48,175 bases of DNA, taken from IMG/VR virus record IMGVR_UViG_3300037149_000276, positions 1-48,175 of that record; one strand, 5' to 3'. Source of the stretch: a virus. Lineage: Duplodnaviria > Caudoviricetes. A program made the translations under genes and the position numbers. The notes beneath the pieces are model-generated. The model did not search any database, was not told the DNA's origin, and worked only from the letters and a program-made list of their open reading frames with translations. Positions 25,643-34,428 of this stretch are shown here, piece by piece. Positions within the stretch are counted from its first letter, which is position 1. Each line of letters opens with the position of its first letter.

Positions 25643-26713
25643 ATGACCGTCAACGGGGATCTGTTCGACCTCGCCGTGCGGCACCAGGTTGGCCTTCAGC
25701 GGGTCTCGACGGCCACTGTTCGGAAGCTCATTGCGCTTCTCAACCGTGTCGACGCAGACATCGTTGCCCAGATGCAGCGATACGATCCAACGGAGGTTTC
25801 TGGCGCATGGTCGGCCAAGCGGCTCGAAAAGCTGCTCGAAGCCGTGCGCGTCGTCAACCGAGACGCCTACAATACCGTCGGCAAGGAGCTGACGGCCGAT
25901 CTCAAGGCGCTTGCCGCCTATGAGGGCGTGTTCCAAGCTAGCGCGCTTTCGTCGGCACTGCCGATCGCCTTCGACATCATTAGCCCTTCGGCCGAGCAGC
26001 TTTTCGCCGCGGTGAATTCGCGACCGTTTCAGGGGCGCATCCTAAAGGAATGGGGCCGCGATCTCGAGTCCGGCGCCTTCGCCAAGGTGCGGGACGCCAT
26101 CCGGCAGGGTTTTGTCGAGGGCCAGACTGTCGACCAGATCGTTCGCCGGCTGGTCGGCACAAGGGCCAACCAGTTCAGGGACGGCATTCTGGAGATCAAC
26201 CGGCGCTCGGCGGAAGCCGTTGTGCGAACGGCGATCAACCACACCGCCAATGCGGCGCGGCAAAGCCTCTACGAGGCAAACGCTGACCTCATTGGTAGCT
26301 GGCGGTTCGTCGCTACCCTTGATGCCAAGACATCGGTCGGGTGTGCGTCGTTGGACGGGAAGACATTCCCGATCGGGCAGGGGCCACAGCCGCCCCGCCA
26401 CTACAACTGCCGCAGTTCGTCAGTGCCCATCACCAGGAGCTGGCGGGAGCTGGGCTTCGATATCGATGAGCTCCCACCCGGGACGCGAGCCTCTATGGAT
26501 GGGCAGGTTCCCGGCGAAATGACCTACAACGATTGGCTGAAAGGCCAGCCGGCCGAGGTTCAGGACGAAGTGCTGGGCAAGACGAAGGCAGCATTGTTCC
26601 GCGACGGCGACTTGCCGCTTGATCGGTTTGTTGACGACGGCCGGGCGATGACGTTGGACGAACTCCGCCACAAGGAAACAGAGGCTTTCGCAAGGGCTGG
26701 GCTTGCGGCATAA
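25643..26713 (+). CDS. Head morphogenesis / minor capsid protein (Mu gpF, SPP1 gp7-like)
   Basis: VRTAINH, ATLDAKTS..CASLDG, PPRHYNCRS. Confidence 0.92.
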   Translation: MTVNGDLFDLAVRHQVGLQRVSTATVRKLIALLNRVDADIVAQMQRYDPTEVSGAWSAKRLEKLLEAVRVVNRDAYNTVGKELTADLKALAAYEGVFQASALSSALPIAFDIISPSAEQLFAAVNSRPFQGRILKEWGRDLESGAFAKVRDAIRQGFVEGQTVDQIVRRLVGTRANQFRDGILEINRRSAEAVVRTAINHTANAARQSLYEANADLIGSWRFVATLDAKTSVGCASLDGKTFPIGQGPQPPRHYNCRSSSVPITRSWRELGFDIDELPPGTRASMDGQVPGEMTYNDWLKGQPAEVQDEVLGKTKAALFRDGDLPLDRFVDDGRAMTLDELRHKETEAFARAGLAA

Positions 26714-26720
26714 TGATGCC

Positions 26721-26951
26721 ATGACCGATTGGCACCGACTTCTAAGACTTCGAGCTGCAAAGGGCCTTGACTGGTCCGCTAATGATCAACGCTCGCTAGA
26801 CCGAGCGCGCGATCAAGAGGCTATGCGGAAGCTGCACGGTATTCGGATGGTGCCGTTTCAGCGAATTAACCATGCGTGGAATGAAGCCGTTCTCGCTCCT
26901 CTAGAACCTCTGGTTCTTTGGCTTGCCAGGCGGTTGAGCAAAGTTCCGTGA
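26721..26951 (+). CDS. Hypothetical protein
   Basis: Fills gap, GTGA-coupled to next ORF. Confidence 0.45.
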   Translation: MTDWHRLLRLRAAKGLDWSANDQRSLDRARDQEAMRKLHGIRMVPFQRINHAWNEAVLAPLEPLVLWLARRLSKVP

Positions 26952-27226
26952 AAGACGATTTCAGAGACAGTTCTCACCTGACGGCTATTGCCGGCGACCG
27001 CGCCGCCGATGCCAAGCCCAAGGCATGGCGCCGTACCGCGCTGGATCAGGCAGAACAGGTTGTCTGCTGGCAATGTGAGAAAGACACCGGGGTCGCCACC
27101 AGCATGGTCACTGAGGTGACGCTGGCGCCGAGGCGCAGCCCTGCCGGCAAGAAGGTTGGCGGGACCAAGGCTTGGGTGTGCGCCTATTGCCTTGCCCGAG
27201 GGAAGGTCACCAAACTGATCGGTTGA
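26948..27226 (+). CDS. Small Zn-ribbon protein
   Basis: CWQC and CAYC pairs. Confidence 0.6.
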   Translation: MKDDFRDSSHLTAIAGDRAADAKPKAWRRTALDQAEQVVCWQCEKDTGVATSMVTEVTLAPRRSPAGKKVGGTKAWVCAYCLARGKVTKLIG

Positions 27227-27251
27227 CGCTACCACATCGCTGAGAATTACC

Positions 27252-27281
27252 GCCCGCCCGGCATTCCGAGGCGGGCTTTTT
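27252..27281 (+). terminator. Intrinsic terminator
   Basis: GCCCGCC/GGCGGGC + TTTTT. Confidence 0.7.
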
Positions 27282-27320
27282 CGTGCCCGCGAGACGGGTA
27301 AACCCCAAGGAGACAGCCCG

Positions 27321-28082
27321 ATGGGCCTCAAATCGATCTACTCTGCCGCGGATGATATCCCGGCCGAGCACAAGGCGTTCTACAAGGAGGATGGCGACAA
27401 GTTCGTCCTCGACGTTGAGGGGATCGACGATCACCCCAAGGTCCGCGGCGTCATCACCGCCAACCGCGAGAACGTCAAGAAGCGCGACGAATACAAGGCC
27501 AAGGTGACCGAGCTCGAGGGCAAGGTTGCGGGCCTGCCGGAAGACTTCGACGCCGACGAGTGGACCCGCCTCAAGGCCGGCGACGGCAAGAAGCCCGATG
27601 AAGCGCTTCAGGCGCTCAAGGACCAGCACACACGCGCCATCGAAGCGCTGAAGACCAAGCACGCTGGCGAACTCGGCGAGCGTGACAAGCAGCTCGGCGA
27701 GCGTGATGGCTATATCGACCGCACCCTCGTTGATGGCGGCCTGAAAGACGCGCTGCTCGATGTCGGCGTGGCGCCCGAGCTGCTCGACGGCGCTCTGGCG
27801 GTGCTGCGCGGCAACGTAAAGGTGCAGCGCTCCGATACCGGCGACCGCAAGGCCATCGTGCAGACGGACCTCGGCGAGGTTGGCGTGTCCGATTTCGTCA
27901 AGGAGTGGGCCGGCGGCAAGGGAAAACCCTACCTCGGCAAGCCGAGCGGCCCTGAAGCCCAGGGCAATAAATTCGCGCGCACCGGGGCCAAGACGATGAC
28001 CCGGGCTGAATTCGAAAAGCTCGACGCGGCCTCCCGCCACAAGGCGATGACGGTCGACAAGGTTTCCGTGGTCGACGCCTAG
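27321..28082 (+). CDS. Capsid scaffolding protein
   Basis: Charged coiled coil before capsid gene; AAGGAG RBS; KTMTRAEFEKL tail. Confidence 0.82.
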   Translation: MGLKSIYSAADDIPAEHKAFYKEDGDKFVLDVEGIDDHPKVRGVITANRENVKKRDEYKAKVTELEGKVAGLPEDFDADEWTRLKAGDGKKPDEALQALKDQHTRAIEALKTKHAGELGERDKQLGERDGYIDRTLVDGGLKDALLDVGVAPELLDGALAVLRGNVKVQRSDTGDRKAIVQTDLGEVGVSDFVKEWAGGKGKPYLGKPSGPEAQGNKFARTGAKTMTRAEFEKLDAASRHKAMTVDKVSVVDA

Positions 28083-28171
28083 CCGCCCACGATCTCGCTT
28101 CGCCCGATGGGCTGAGCCCAAGGCCGATGGCCTCTTTCACCCAACATTTTTGATCTGAAAGGAGGCCAACT

Positions 28172-29320
28172 GTGGCCAACACTTTGACGGGGCTGATCCC
28201 CGATCTCTACGAGGCGCTTGATGTCGTCTCTCGCGAACTGACCGGCTACATCCCGGCGGTTTCGCGTTCGTCCTCAATCGCCCGGGCCGCGCTCAACGAG
28301 AATGTCCTCGTTCCCGTGACCGGCGCGCATACCTCGGCGAACAACACGCCCGGCGCTACGGCGCCCGATACCGGCGACACCACCGTCGACAACGTGGCGG
28401 TCACCATCTCGAAGTCCAAGCACGTTCCGGTGCGCTGGAACGGCGAGGAAACTAAGGGCCTTGTCAACGCGGGGACCTTTTCGAGCATCCAGGCGGACCG
28501 CTTCTACCAGGCGATGCGCACGTTGGTGAACGAGATCGAGACGGACATTCACCTCGAGGCCTACAAGCGTGCCTCTCGCGCCTACGGCACTGCTGGAACG
28601 GCCCCGTTTGGTACGGCCGGCGACCTCGGCGATTTCGCTGGCGTGCTGCGCATTCTCGAAGAGAACGGCGCCGCTCCCACCGACATCCAGATGGTGCTTG
28701 GCCATGCGGCGATCGGCAACCTTCGCGGCAAGCAGTCCGTCCTGTTCAAGGTGAACGAGGCGGGCTCGAGCGACATGCTGCGCAACGGCATGACCGACCG
28801 CGTGATGAACATGGCTCTGCGCCATTCGCACGCGGTGGGCGTCCACACCAAGGGCGGCGGTGCCTCCTACGTCACGAACGGCGCTGTCGCGGCTGGCAAC
28901 ACCAGCGTGGTGCTGAAGACCGGCACCGGCACGGTTCTGGCTGGCGACGTCGTGGCCTTCGCCGACGATACCGCCAATAAGTACGTGGTTGGCACTGGCG
29001 TCGCCGCGCCTGGCACCATCCAGATCGGTAAGCCGGGCCTGAAGGTGAACGTGTCCGACGCCAACGCCATGACGATCGGCGGCAGCTATACGCCGAACGT
29101 GGCCTTCGCCCGCTCTGCCATCGTGCTCGCCACCCGCGCGCCGGCGATGCCGGAGGGCGGCGACACCGCGGACGACGTGACGACCGTTGTGGATCCGCGC
29201 ACCGGGCTCGCGTTCGAAGTGGCGGTCTACCGGCAGTTCCTGCAGGTCGTCTACCACGTGCGTCTGGCGTGGGGCTTCCGGGCCATCAAGCCCGAGCACA
29301 TCGCCACCCTCATCGGCTGA
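28172..29320 (+). CDS. Major capsid protein (P22 coat-like family)
   Basis: ANTLTGLIPDLYEALDVVSRELTG...LAWG..AIKPEH; AAAGGAGG RBS; high codon bias. Confidence 0.92.
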   Translation: MANTLTGLIPDLYEALDVVSRELTGYIPAVSRSSSIARAALNENVLVPVTGAHTSANNTPGATAPDTGDTTVDNVAVTISKSKHVPVRWNGEETKGLVNAGTFSSIQADRFYQAMRTLVNEIETDIHLEAYKRASRAYGTAGTAPFGTAGDLGDFAGVLRILEENGAAPTDIQMVLGHAAIGNLRGKQSVLFKVNEAGSSDMLRNGMTDRVMNMALRHSHAVGVHTKGGGASYVTNGAVAAGNTSVVLKTGTGTVLAGDVVAFADDTANKYVVGTGVAAPGTIQIGKPGLKVNVSDANAMTIGGSYTPNVAFARSAIVLATRAPAMPEGGDTADDVTTVVDPRTGLAFEVAVYRQFLQVVYHVRLAWGFRAIKPEHIATLIG

Positions 29321-29328
29321 TCTTTGCA

Positions 29329-29352
29329 GCGGGGCCGGTTCGCCGGCCCCGT
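29329..29352 (+). terminator. GC-rich UUCG hairpin after capsid gene (attenuator or mRNA stabiliser; no U tract)
   Basis: GCGGGGCCGG-TTCG-CCGGCCCCGT. Confidence 0.5.
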
Positions 29353-29373
29353 CACCAAGCTCAGGAGACGACA

Positions 29374-29715
29374 ATGTCCGACCTTATCAGCGTGACCAAG
29401 GACGGCGAAACGCTCCCCGTCCACCCCTCGCTGCTCGACGCACATTTTGGTCTCGGCTGGGTGCTGAGTGCTCAGGCGAAAGCGCCCGCCCCGCTCGACC
29501 ACGACGGCGACGGCCGCAAGGGCGGGAGTTTGCCGACGGGTGGAGAGCCCCAGGCGGCCGTGACCGGCACGGACAGCGGCGACCAGTTCAGCGATGAGCA
29601 ACTGCGGGAGATCATCACCAAGGCGATGGGCAAGGCCCCGCATCACAAGCTGGGCCGCGACAAGCTGATCGCGCAGTTCAATGAACTGAACGCGAAAGCG
29701 GATGAAGCCAAATGA
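29374..29715 (+). CDS. Small head-associated hypothetical protein
   Basis: AGGAG RBS; DHDGDG motif; helical C-terminus. Confidence 0.7.
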   Translation: MSDLISVTKDGETLPVHPSLLDAHFGLGWVLSAQAKAPAPLDHDGDGRKGGSLPTGGEPQAAVTGTDSGDQFSDEQLREIITKAMGKAPHHKLGRDKLIAQFNELNAKADEAK

Positions 29716-30155
29716 CCACGATCGCCTACAAGGCCGGCGTCATGGCTGCGGACACGCGAGCCTATGCCGGCTTCAACACGGTCCTCGGCCACAAGACGAA
29801 GATCCGTCGGCTCGGCGACGGCACGTTGATCGGCTGCTCGACCAACTTGGTTGGGTTTGGTGAATCTGTCCTCGACTGGTTTGCTACCGGCGGCACTTTC
29901 GAGGACGCGCCCAAGGCGGACGAGATGAAGTTCTCCTTCATTGCCGTCAAGCCGAGCGGAGATGGGTTCTACGCCTGTGACAGCTTCCGTTTGAGCGGGC
30001 CGATCCATGCCGAGTGCTTCGCAATAGGCAGTGGGGAAGCCCTTGCGCATGGGGCGATGAGAGCAGGTGCCTCTGCTAAGCAGGCGGTCGAGATCGCGGC
30101 AGAATGCGATGTCTGGACGGGTCTGCCGGTGGTCACCATCACGCACGAGGGCTGA
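29712..30155 (+). CDS. Ntn-hydrolase (HslV/proteasome beta-like) peptidase
   Basis: MTTIA...MAADTR...KI...AIGSG...AVEIA pattern with N-terminal Thr. Confidence 0.75.
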   Translation: MTTIAYKAGVMAADTRAYAGFNTVLGHKTKIRRLGDGTLIGCSTNLVGFGESVLDWFATGGTFEDAPKADEMKFSFIAVKPSGDGFYACDSFRLSGPIHAECFAIGSGEALAHGAMRAGASAKQAVEIAAECDVWTGLPVVTITHEG

Positions 30156-30158
30156 GCA

Positions 30159-30599
30159 ATGCTGTCCTACACCGATCTTGCCGTCGCCGTTTCCGAGGCT
30201 GATGCCTACGCCGAAGCCCGCGCATGGTCGAACTGGACCGGCGAGGACGAGGTGAAGCTCGCAGCACTCCGGCGCGGGCAGGACTGCATCGCACAGCGAT
30301 ACAATGATCGCTGGCTGGGCAATTGGTCGAACGACGATGCCCCCGAGCCGGTCAAATACGCGATCATCGAAGCGGCTCGGCGGGAGCTTGCCGACCCGGG
30401 CAGTCTCTCCCCGGATTTCGTCGCCTCAAGGCAGGTCAAAACCGAAAAGAAGGGCGTTGGGCCTCTGACTAAGGAGACCACCTACGCTGACACGGCCGGC
30501 GCGGCCTCTGTGCGCCCGTCCATTGCCGCGATCGACAATCTACTCGTCGGGCTGCTCGCGGCCGCTGGTGGGGGCTCTATCAGCCTTTTGCGGGTATAG
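30159..30599 (+). CDS. Head-tail adaptor
   Basis: VSEADAY, PEPVKYA, KKGVGPLTKETTY; position. Confidence 0.78.
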   Translation: MLSYTDLAVAVSEADAYAEARAWSNWTGEDEVKLAALRRGQDCIAQRYNDRWLGNWSNDDAPEPVKYAIIEAARRELADPGSLSPDFVASRQVKTEKKGVGPLTKETTYADTAGAASVRPSIAAIDNLLVGLLAAAGGGSISLLRV

Positions 30600-30603
30600 G
30601 CCG

Positions 30604-30984
30604 ATGGCGGAGAAATTCGACTATGCCGGCGCGGCCAACGACGCTGACGAACTGCTTCAGGAATTCGGTCAGACCGGCGCCATCCGTCGGGTGGTGACGC
30701 TGCCCGGCCCCAACGAATGGACGCCGGGCGAGACGATCGCGACTGATCACCAGGTCACCGTCGCCTTGCTGCCGGTGGATCTGCAGGACGTGGGCCGGGA
30801 TGTCGGCGGCACGCTGATCAAGTCCACCGATCTGCGCGCACTTGTTTCGCCTCTCGGGCTTGCCATCGAGCCCACGACCACTGACGCGATGCTGGTGGGC
30901 GATCATGCCTACACGGTCGTTCGCTGCAACCAGCTGGCGCCGGCCGGCGTCGTCGTCCTCTACGACATGATCGTGAGCGCCTGA
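30604..30984 (+). CDS. Head closure / head-tail joining protein
   Basis: ADELLQEFGQ...GTLIKSTD...PAGVVVLY; position. Confidence 0.75.
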   Translation: MAEKFDYAGAANDADELLQEFGQTGAIRRVVTLPGPNEWTPGETIATDHQVTVALLPVDLQDVGRDVGGTLIKSTDLRALVSPLGLAIEPTTTDAMLVGDHAYTVVRCNQLAPAGVVVLYDMIVSA

Positions 30985-31385
30985 TGGGGTTCTCGGAACA
31001 AGTTGCAGCCTGGTCGCAGAAGACCGAGGCCAAGCTAGAGCTCGCCGTCCGCAAGATCGCGCTCGATGCTTTTCGCGAGGTCATCATGATGTCGCCCGTC
31101 GACACGGGGCGCTTCCGCGGCAACTGGCAGGTGGCAATCGGCACGATCCCAACCGGCACCATGGAGCTCGAGGACAAGGCCGGCACTGCGACGGTCAGCA
31201 AGGTGCAGGCCGAGGCCATGGGGCTCAAAGCTGGGCAGGTGATCTACCTCGTCAACAATCTGCCTTACGCGGCCGCGCTCGAAAATGGGCACTCGAACCA
31301 AGCGCCGGCCGGAATGGTCCGCCTCACTGTCCAGCGCTGGAAGCCTATCGTCGAGGCCGTCGCTCGCGAACTGAATAGGGGCTAG
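30984..31385 (+). CDS. HK97 gp10-like tail completion protein
   Basis: SPVDTGRFRGNW, NNLPYAAALENGHS.QAPAGMV. Confidence 0.88.
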   Translation: MGFSEQVAAWSQKTEAKLELAVRKIALDAFREVIMMSPVDTGRFRGNWQVAIGTIPTGTMELEDKAGTATVSKVQAEAMGLKAGQVIYLVNNLPYAAALENGHSNQAPAGMVRLTVQRWKPIVEAVARELNRG

Positions 31386-31388
31386 CCG

Positions 31389-31835
31389 ATGACCGCTCCG
31401 TCGATTGAAACGGCGATCTGGCTGGCCCTCAAGAGCCGCGTGCAGACTCTCCCGGCCGATGTCGTGCCGCAATCGGCCATTGCGTGGCCCAAGGTGTCGT
31501 TCACGCCGCCGAAGGTCCGCACCGACCTCGCGCCATACGTCATCGTTTCGCTGCTGCCCAACAAGGCAGAACGCCTCTTCATTGACGGCAATGCGCCTCA
31601 TCGTCGGCCCGGTATCCTGCAACTGTCGTTGATGACGCCGAACGCCAACGCCCACGATTTTACCATGGTCACGGAGCGCGCCGGTCAGATTGCCGCGCAT
31701 TTCCCGGCCGACCTCAGGATCGCCGCCGAGGGCGTCACCGTCCGCATCGAGCGGGCACCCGGCATCGGCGGCGGGTACGCGGATGGCGCGTACTGGCGCA
31801 CGCCCGTGAGCATCTACTACGAAACCTACGCATAG
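31389..31835 (+). CDS. Tail terminator-like protein (DUF4128-like)
   Basis: IAWPKVSFTPP, GILQLS, IAAHF, PVSIYY; before tube gene. Confidence 0.78.
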   Translation: MTAPSIETAIWLALKSRVQTLPADVVPQSAIAWPKVSFTPPKVRTDLAPYVIVSLLPNKAERLFIDGNAPHRRPGILQLSLMTPNANAHDFTMVTERAGQIAAHFPADLRIAAEGVTVRIERAPGIGGGYADGAYWRTPVSIYYETYA

Positions 31836-31872
31836 GCCTTCGGCCCCCAATTCCCCAATCATGGAGACTATC

Positions 31873-32403
31873 ATGAGCCAGCCTTTCCCGATCGCTGGTC
31901 GGAAGCTGTATATGCACGCCGATGTTCTCGTGCCGCCCGCGTCCGGGCTGCTTGTCGCCGCCGATTTCCCCGCCATCACGTCGGAAGACTGGGTGAGCGT
32001 CGGCAAGTGGAGCACTGCCGGCGCCCTTGGCGGCGACCAGGCAACGATCACCACGCCCTACATCAACGAGGAATACGACGACGTTCAGATGGGGACCAAG
32101 AACCCCGGCGTGATGTCGAATACCTTCGGTGTGGTGTCGGAAGACCCCGGCCAGATCGCGCTCTACGCCGCCGCGGGGGACCGCCGGCTGCGTGCATTCA
32201 TGGTGGAGTTCCCCGATGCGCCCGTTGGCGTCGCTTCCCACGGGACGATCCGGCTGTTTGCGGCATACGTCAAAGAGCCCTCGGAGCAGGGCGGCGAAGC
32301 CAACACGATGGGGCTGATGACCGTCGACTTCGTCAAGTTCAAGAACACGGTTCGAATTGCGGCCGCGGCGACCGGCGGTCCGGTCGGGGAGGGTGATGAA
32401 TAA
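31873..32403 (+). CDS. Major tail tube protein
   Basis: LGGDQATI...GTKNPG...DPGQIAL; position. Confidence 0.78.
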   Translation: MSQPFPIAGRKLYMHADVLVPPASGLLVAADFPAITSEDWVSVGKWSTAGALGGDQATITTPYINEEYDDVQMGTKNPGVMSNTFGVVSEDPGQIALYAAAGDRRLRAFMVEFPDAPVGVASHGTIRLFAAYVKEPSEQGGEANTMGLMTVDFVKFKNTVRIAAAATGGPVGEGDE

Positions 32404-32861
32404 TGGACACGGGGCTCAAGACTGAGGCCGTCGCCTTCGATATCTCAGCGCTCGACGCCACCGACGAAGCGCAGATGGTCGTCCATTCCAATGGGCGGCC
32501 GACGAGCTGGGTGTGGACCTTCGCCGGTCCGGGGCACCCCAAGGCGGTCGATCTCGCCAACAAGCTCAGCCGGGAACGCCTGCGCAAGGAGGCCGAGCAG
32601 GAACAGGCCCGCGTCAATGGCCGGAAGTGGAAGGCCGACGACGAGGACCCGGACGAGGTTGCCGAACGCAATGCCGACTATATCGTTGCCCGGCTGATCG
32701 GCTGGTCAGAGGTGCAACTCGGCGGCAAGCCCTATCCGTTCTCGCCCGATAATGCCCGGGCTCTCCTGCTGGATCCGAAGAAGGGCGCTCTGGCGCTCCA
32801 GGCGCTCGAGTTCCTCGCCGATCAGCGGTCTTTTACGCAGCGCTCGTCGACGGCCTCCTGA
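32403..32861 (+). CDS. Tail assembly chaperone (G)
   Basis: After tube gene; LIGWSEV...PFSPDNARALL. Confidence 0.8.
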   Translation: MDTGLKTEAVAFDISALDATDEAQMVVHSNGRPTSWVWTFAGPGHPKAVDLANKLSRERLRKEAEQEQARVNGRKWKADDEDPDEVAERNADYIVARLIGWSEVQLGGKPYPFSPDNARALLLDPKKGALALQALEFLADQRSFTQRSSTAS

Positions 32862-33178
32862 CGTTCGCCGAGCGCGCCTTTGCCGGCGAAGCCGAGGTCT
32901 ATCCTCCCCCCGAACTGGATTACCTCTGGCAGGCCTATATCAGGCTCCGAAAGCGCAAGGGCGGCGGCATGGGGCCGGCGCCGTTGGAATGGGCGGATAT
33001 CGAGGCGTTCTGCCGGCGAAGTGGCAGCGATCTCCGCCCTTGGGAGGTAGAGGTTATCGAGGCGATCGATGACCGATGGCTGGCTGACGTTTCAGAGACG
33101 AAACCAGCTGAGGCTGAACCGCCAACGCCTCCGGCAAGGCCGATGTCGCCGGAGCTGTTCGACGCTATTTTCGGGTGA
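32831..33178 (+). CDS. Tail assembly chaperone extension (T), probably by -1 frameshift
   Basis: -1 frame open from the TCTTTT site: FYAALVDG...PELDYLWQAY...GPAPLEWADIEAF. Confidence 0.7.
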   Translation, partial: FYAALVDGLLTFAERAFAGEAEVYPPPELDYLWQAYIRLRKRKGGGMGPAPLEWADIEAFCRRSGSDLRPWEVEVIEAIDDRWLADVSETKPAEAEPPTPPARPMSPELFDAIFG

Positions 33179-33182
33179 GGGG

Positions 33183-33386
33183 TTATGTCTTCGGCATGAA
33201 ACCCTTCGACGCAAGCCAATCGCTCAGCATCTGCCTGATCGCCTCGGGACGTGAGGGGATGGTCTCCTGCTCGCGGCGGTAGGCCTCAATGGCTTCGAGC
33301 ATGTCGCGGGGTAGCCGAACGGTCACCGCCTCCGTGTCCACAGAGGGGCGGCCCAATTTTGACTTTTTAACATTATCAATTGACAT
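33183..33386 (-). CDS. Ribbon-helix-helix (Arc/CopG-like) regulator
   Basis: GRP...AVTVRLPRDMLEAIEAY...SRPEAIRQML. Confidence 0.85.
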   Translation of the reverse strand: MSIDNVKKSKLGRPSVDTEAVTVRLPRDMLEAIEAYRREQETIPSRPEAIRQMLSDWLASKGFMPKT

Positions 33387-33408
33387 GATGAATTCATGAT
33401 GTCATAAA
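33380..33408 (+). promoter_or_regulatory. Promoter overlapped by a 24-bp palindromic operator
   Basis: TTGACA-N17-CATAAA; TGACATGATGAATTCATGATGTCA (11 of 12 pairs). Confidence 0.7.
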
Positions 33409-33480
33409 GAGCGGGCCAAGGCAAGGACGGCAATCCTCACCAAGGCCCTTACCGCAACCGATCTTATGAGGAGATCGATC

Positions 33481-33636
33481 ATGGCTGTCGCAGCCCATAC
33501 TACCTATCACCCGAAATTTGAAGGCCGCACCGTCGTCGCCACCGTCATGGCGATGCAGGGCAACGTCGTCACCATCAAGCTCGCCAAGCGCAAGTTTCAT
33601 GCGCCTGTCGTCAGCACTGGCGGGCGGAGGGCGTGA
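33481..33636 (+). CDS. 51-aa protein missed by the ORF track (MAVAAHTTYHPKF...GGRRA)
   Basis: GAGGAG RBS; stop overlaps next start. Confidence 0.6.
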   Translation: MAVAAHTTYHPKFEGRTVVATVMAMQGNVVTIKLAKRKFHAPVVSTGGRRA

Positions 33637-34064
33637 TGAGGAACATCACCCGCCGCGCCGCGATGTTCGGCGCCGCCGTATCATCCGCCGCGCTTGCTAT
33701 TCCGGCTGTCGCTGCCGTCAAGCCGACCATGACCGCCGAACAGCGCCGCGCCTACCATCTCGCCGAGTTTAAGCGGGCCTGCGAGGAAATCGACCCGATG
33801 ATCGGGTCTTGGCCCGATGGCTGGGATCGGCGCGACAAGAACTATGGCTTGTACGCACATCGCGTGACCGGCCGGTATGCTGGTGACGGCATTTATGAAA
33901 GCGGCAGGGTTGACGCCCTCGGGGAGCGCGGCCCGCTGACTGTGACGCTCACCCCAGAGCGGATCGACGACGAACGGACTTTCTTCGTCACGCGGGCCGG
34001 CAGGCGGACGCGCATGACCGAAACGCTTCTTGAGAACTCGATCGGGCGCAAGCTGCCCCTCTGA
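33633..34064 (+). CDS. Hypothetical protein with twin-arginine-like N-terminus
   Basis: ITRRAAMFGAAVSSAALAIPAVAA. Confidence 0.65.
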   Translation: MMRNITRRAAMFGAAVSSAALAIPAVAAVKPTMTAEQRRAYHLAEFKRACEEIDPMIGSWPDGWDRRDKNYGLYAHRVTGRYAGDGIYESGRVDALGERGPLTVTLTPERIDDERTFFVTRAGRRTRMTETLLENSIGRKLPL

Positions 34065-34428
34065 CCACACGAAATTCCCCGCCGCCATTGGCGAGCATGT
34101 GAGTATTGGGGGAAACTTTCGGCTTTGAGTATGCCTTTTCTAGAAAGTGATTCCGCAAGGAACTGCGCTAGGGCCTTGTGGCGGCAATATAATACCCGGC
34201 CGCGAATGCCGAGAGTTCAAAGGCAAGCTGCAAATAGTTGCCGTTTCGTTCCGATTGGGTTTGGAACTTACTGGGCCGATTGGTAAATTCTGATTAGCAG
34301 AGACCGGGACTTCCGGTCCTCAGTGGCGGCGGGGCGAAATCTCTTCGCACGAGTGCCCCGCCTGCCACCTCCCGAGCCTCCATTCGAAGTGGAGGTCGTC
34401 ATCAACCCAGGCTTTACAGGAGCCCCGA

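Noticed and set aside
33183-33636. RHH plus small ORF as a toxin-antitoxin pair
   Set aside because: Genes are divergent and no toxin motif is recognisable; Arc/Mnt-like control of an antirepressor fits better.
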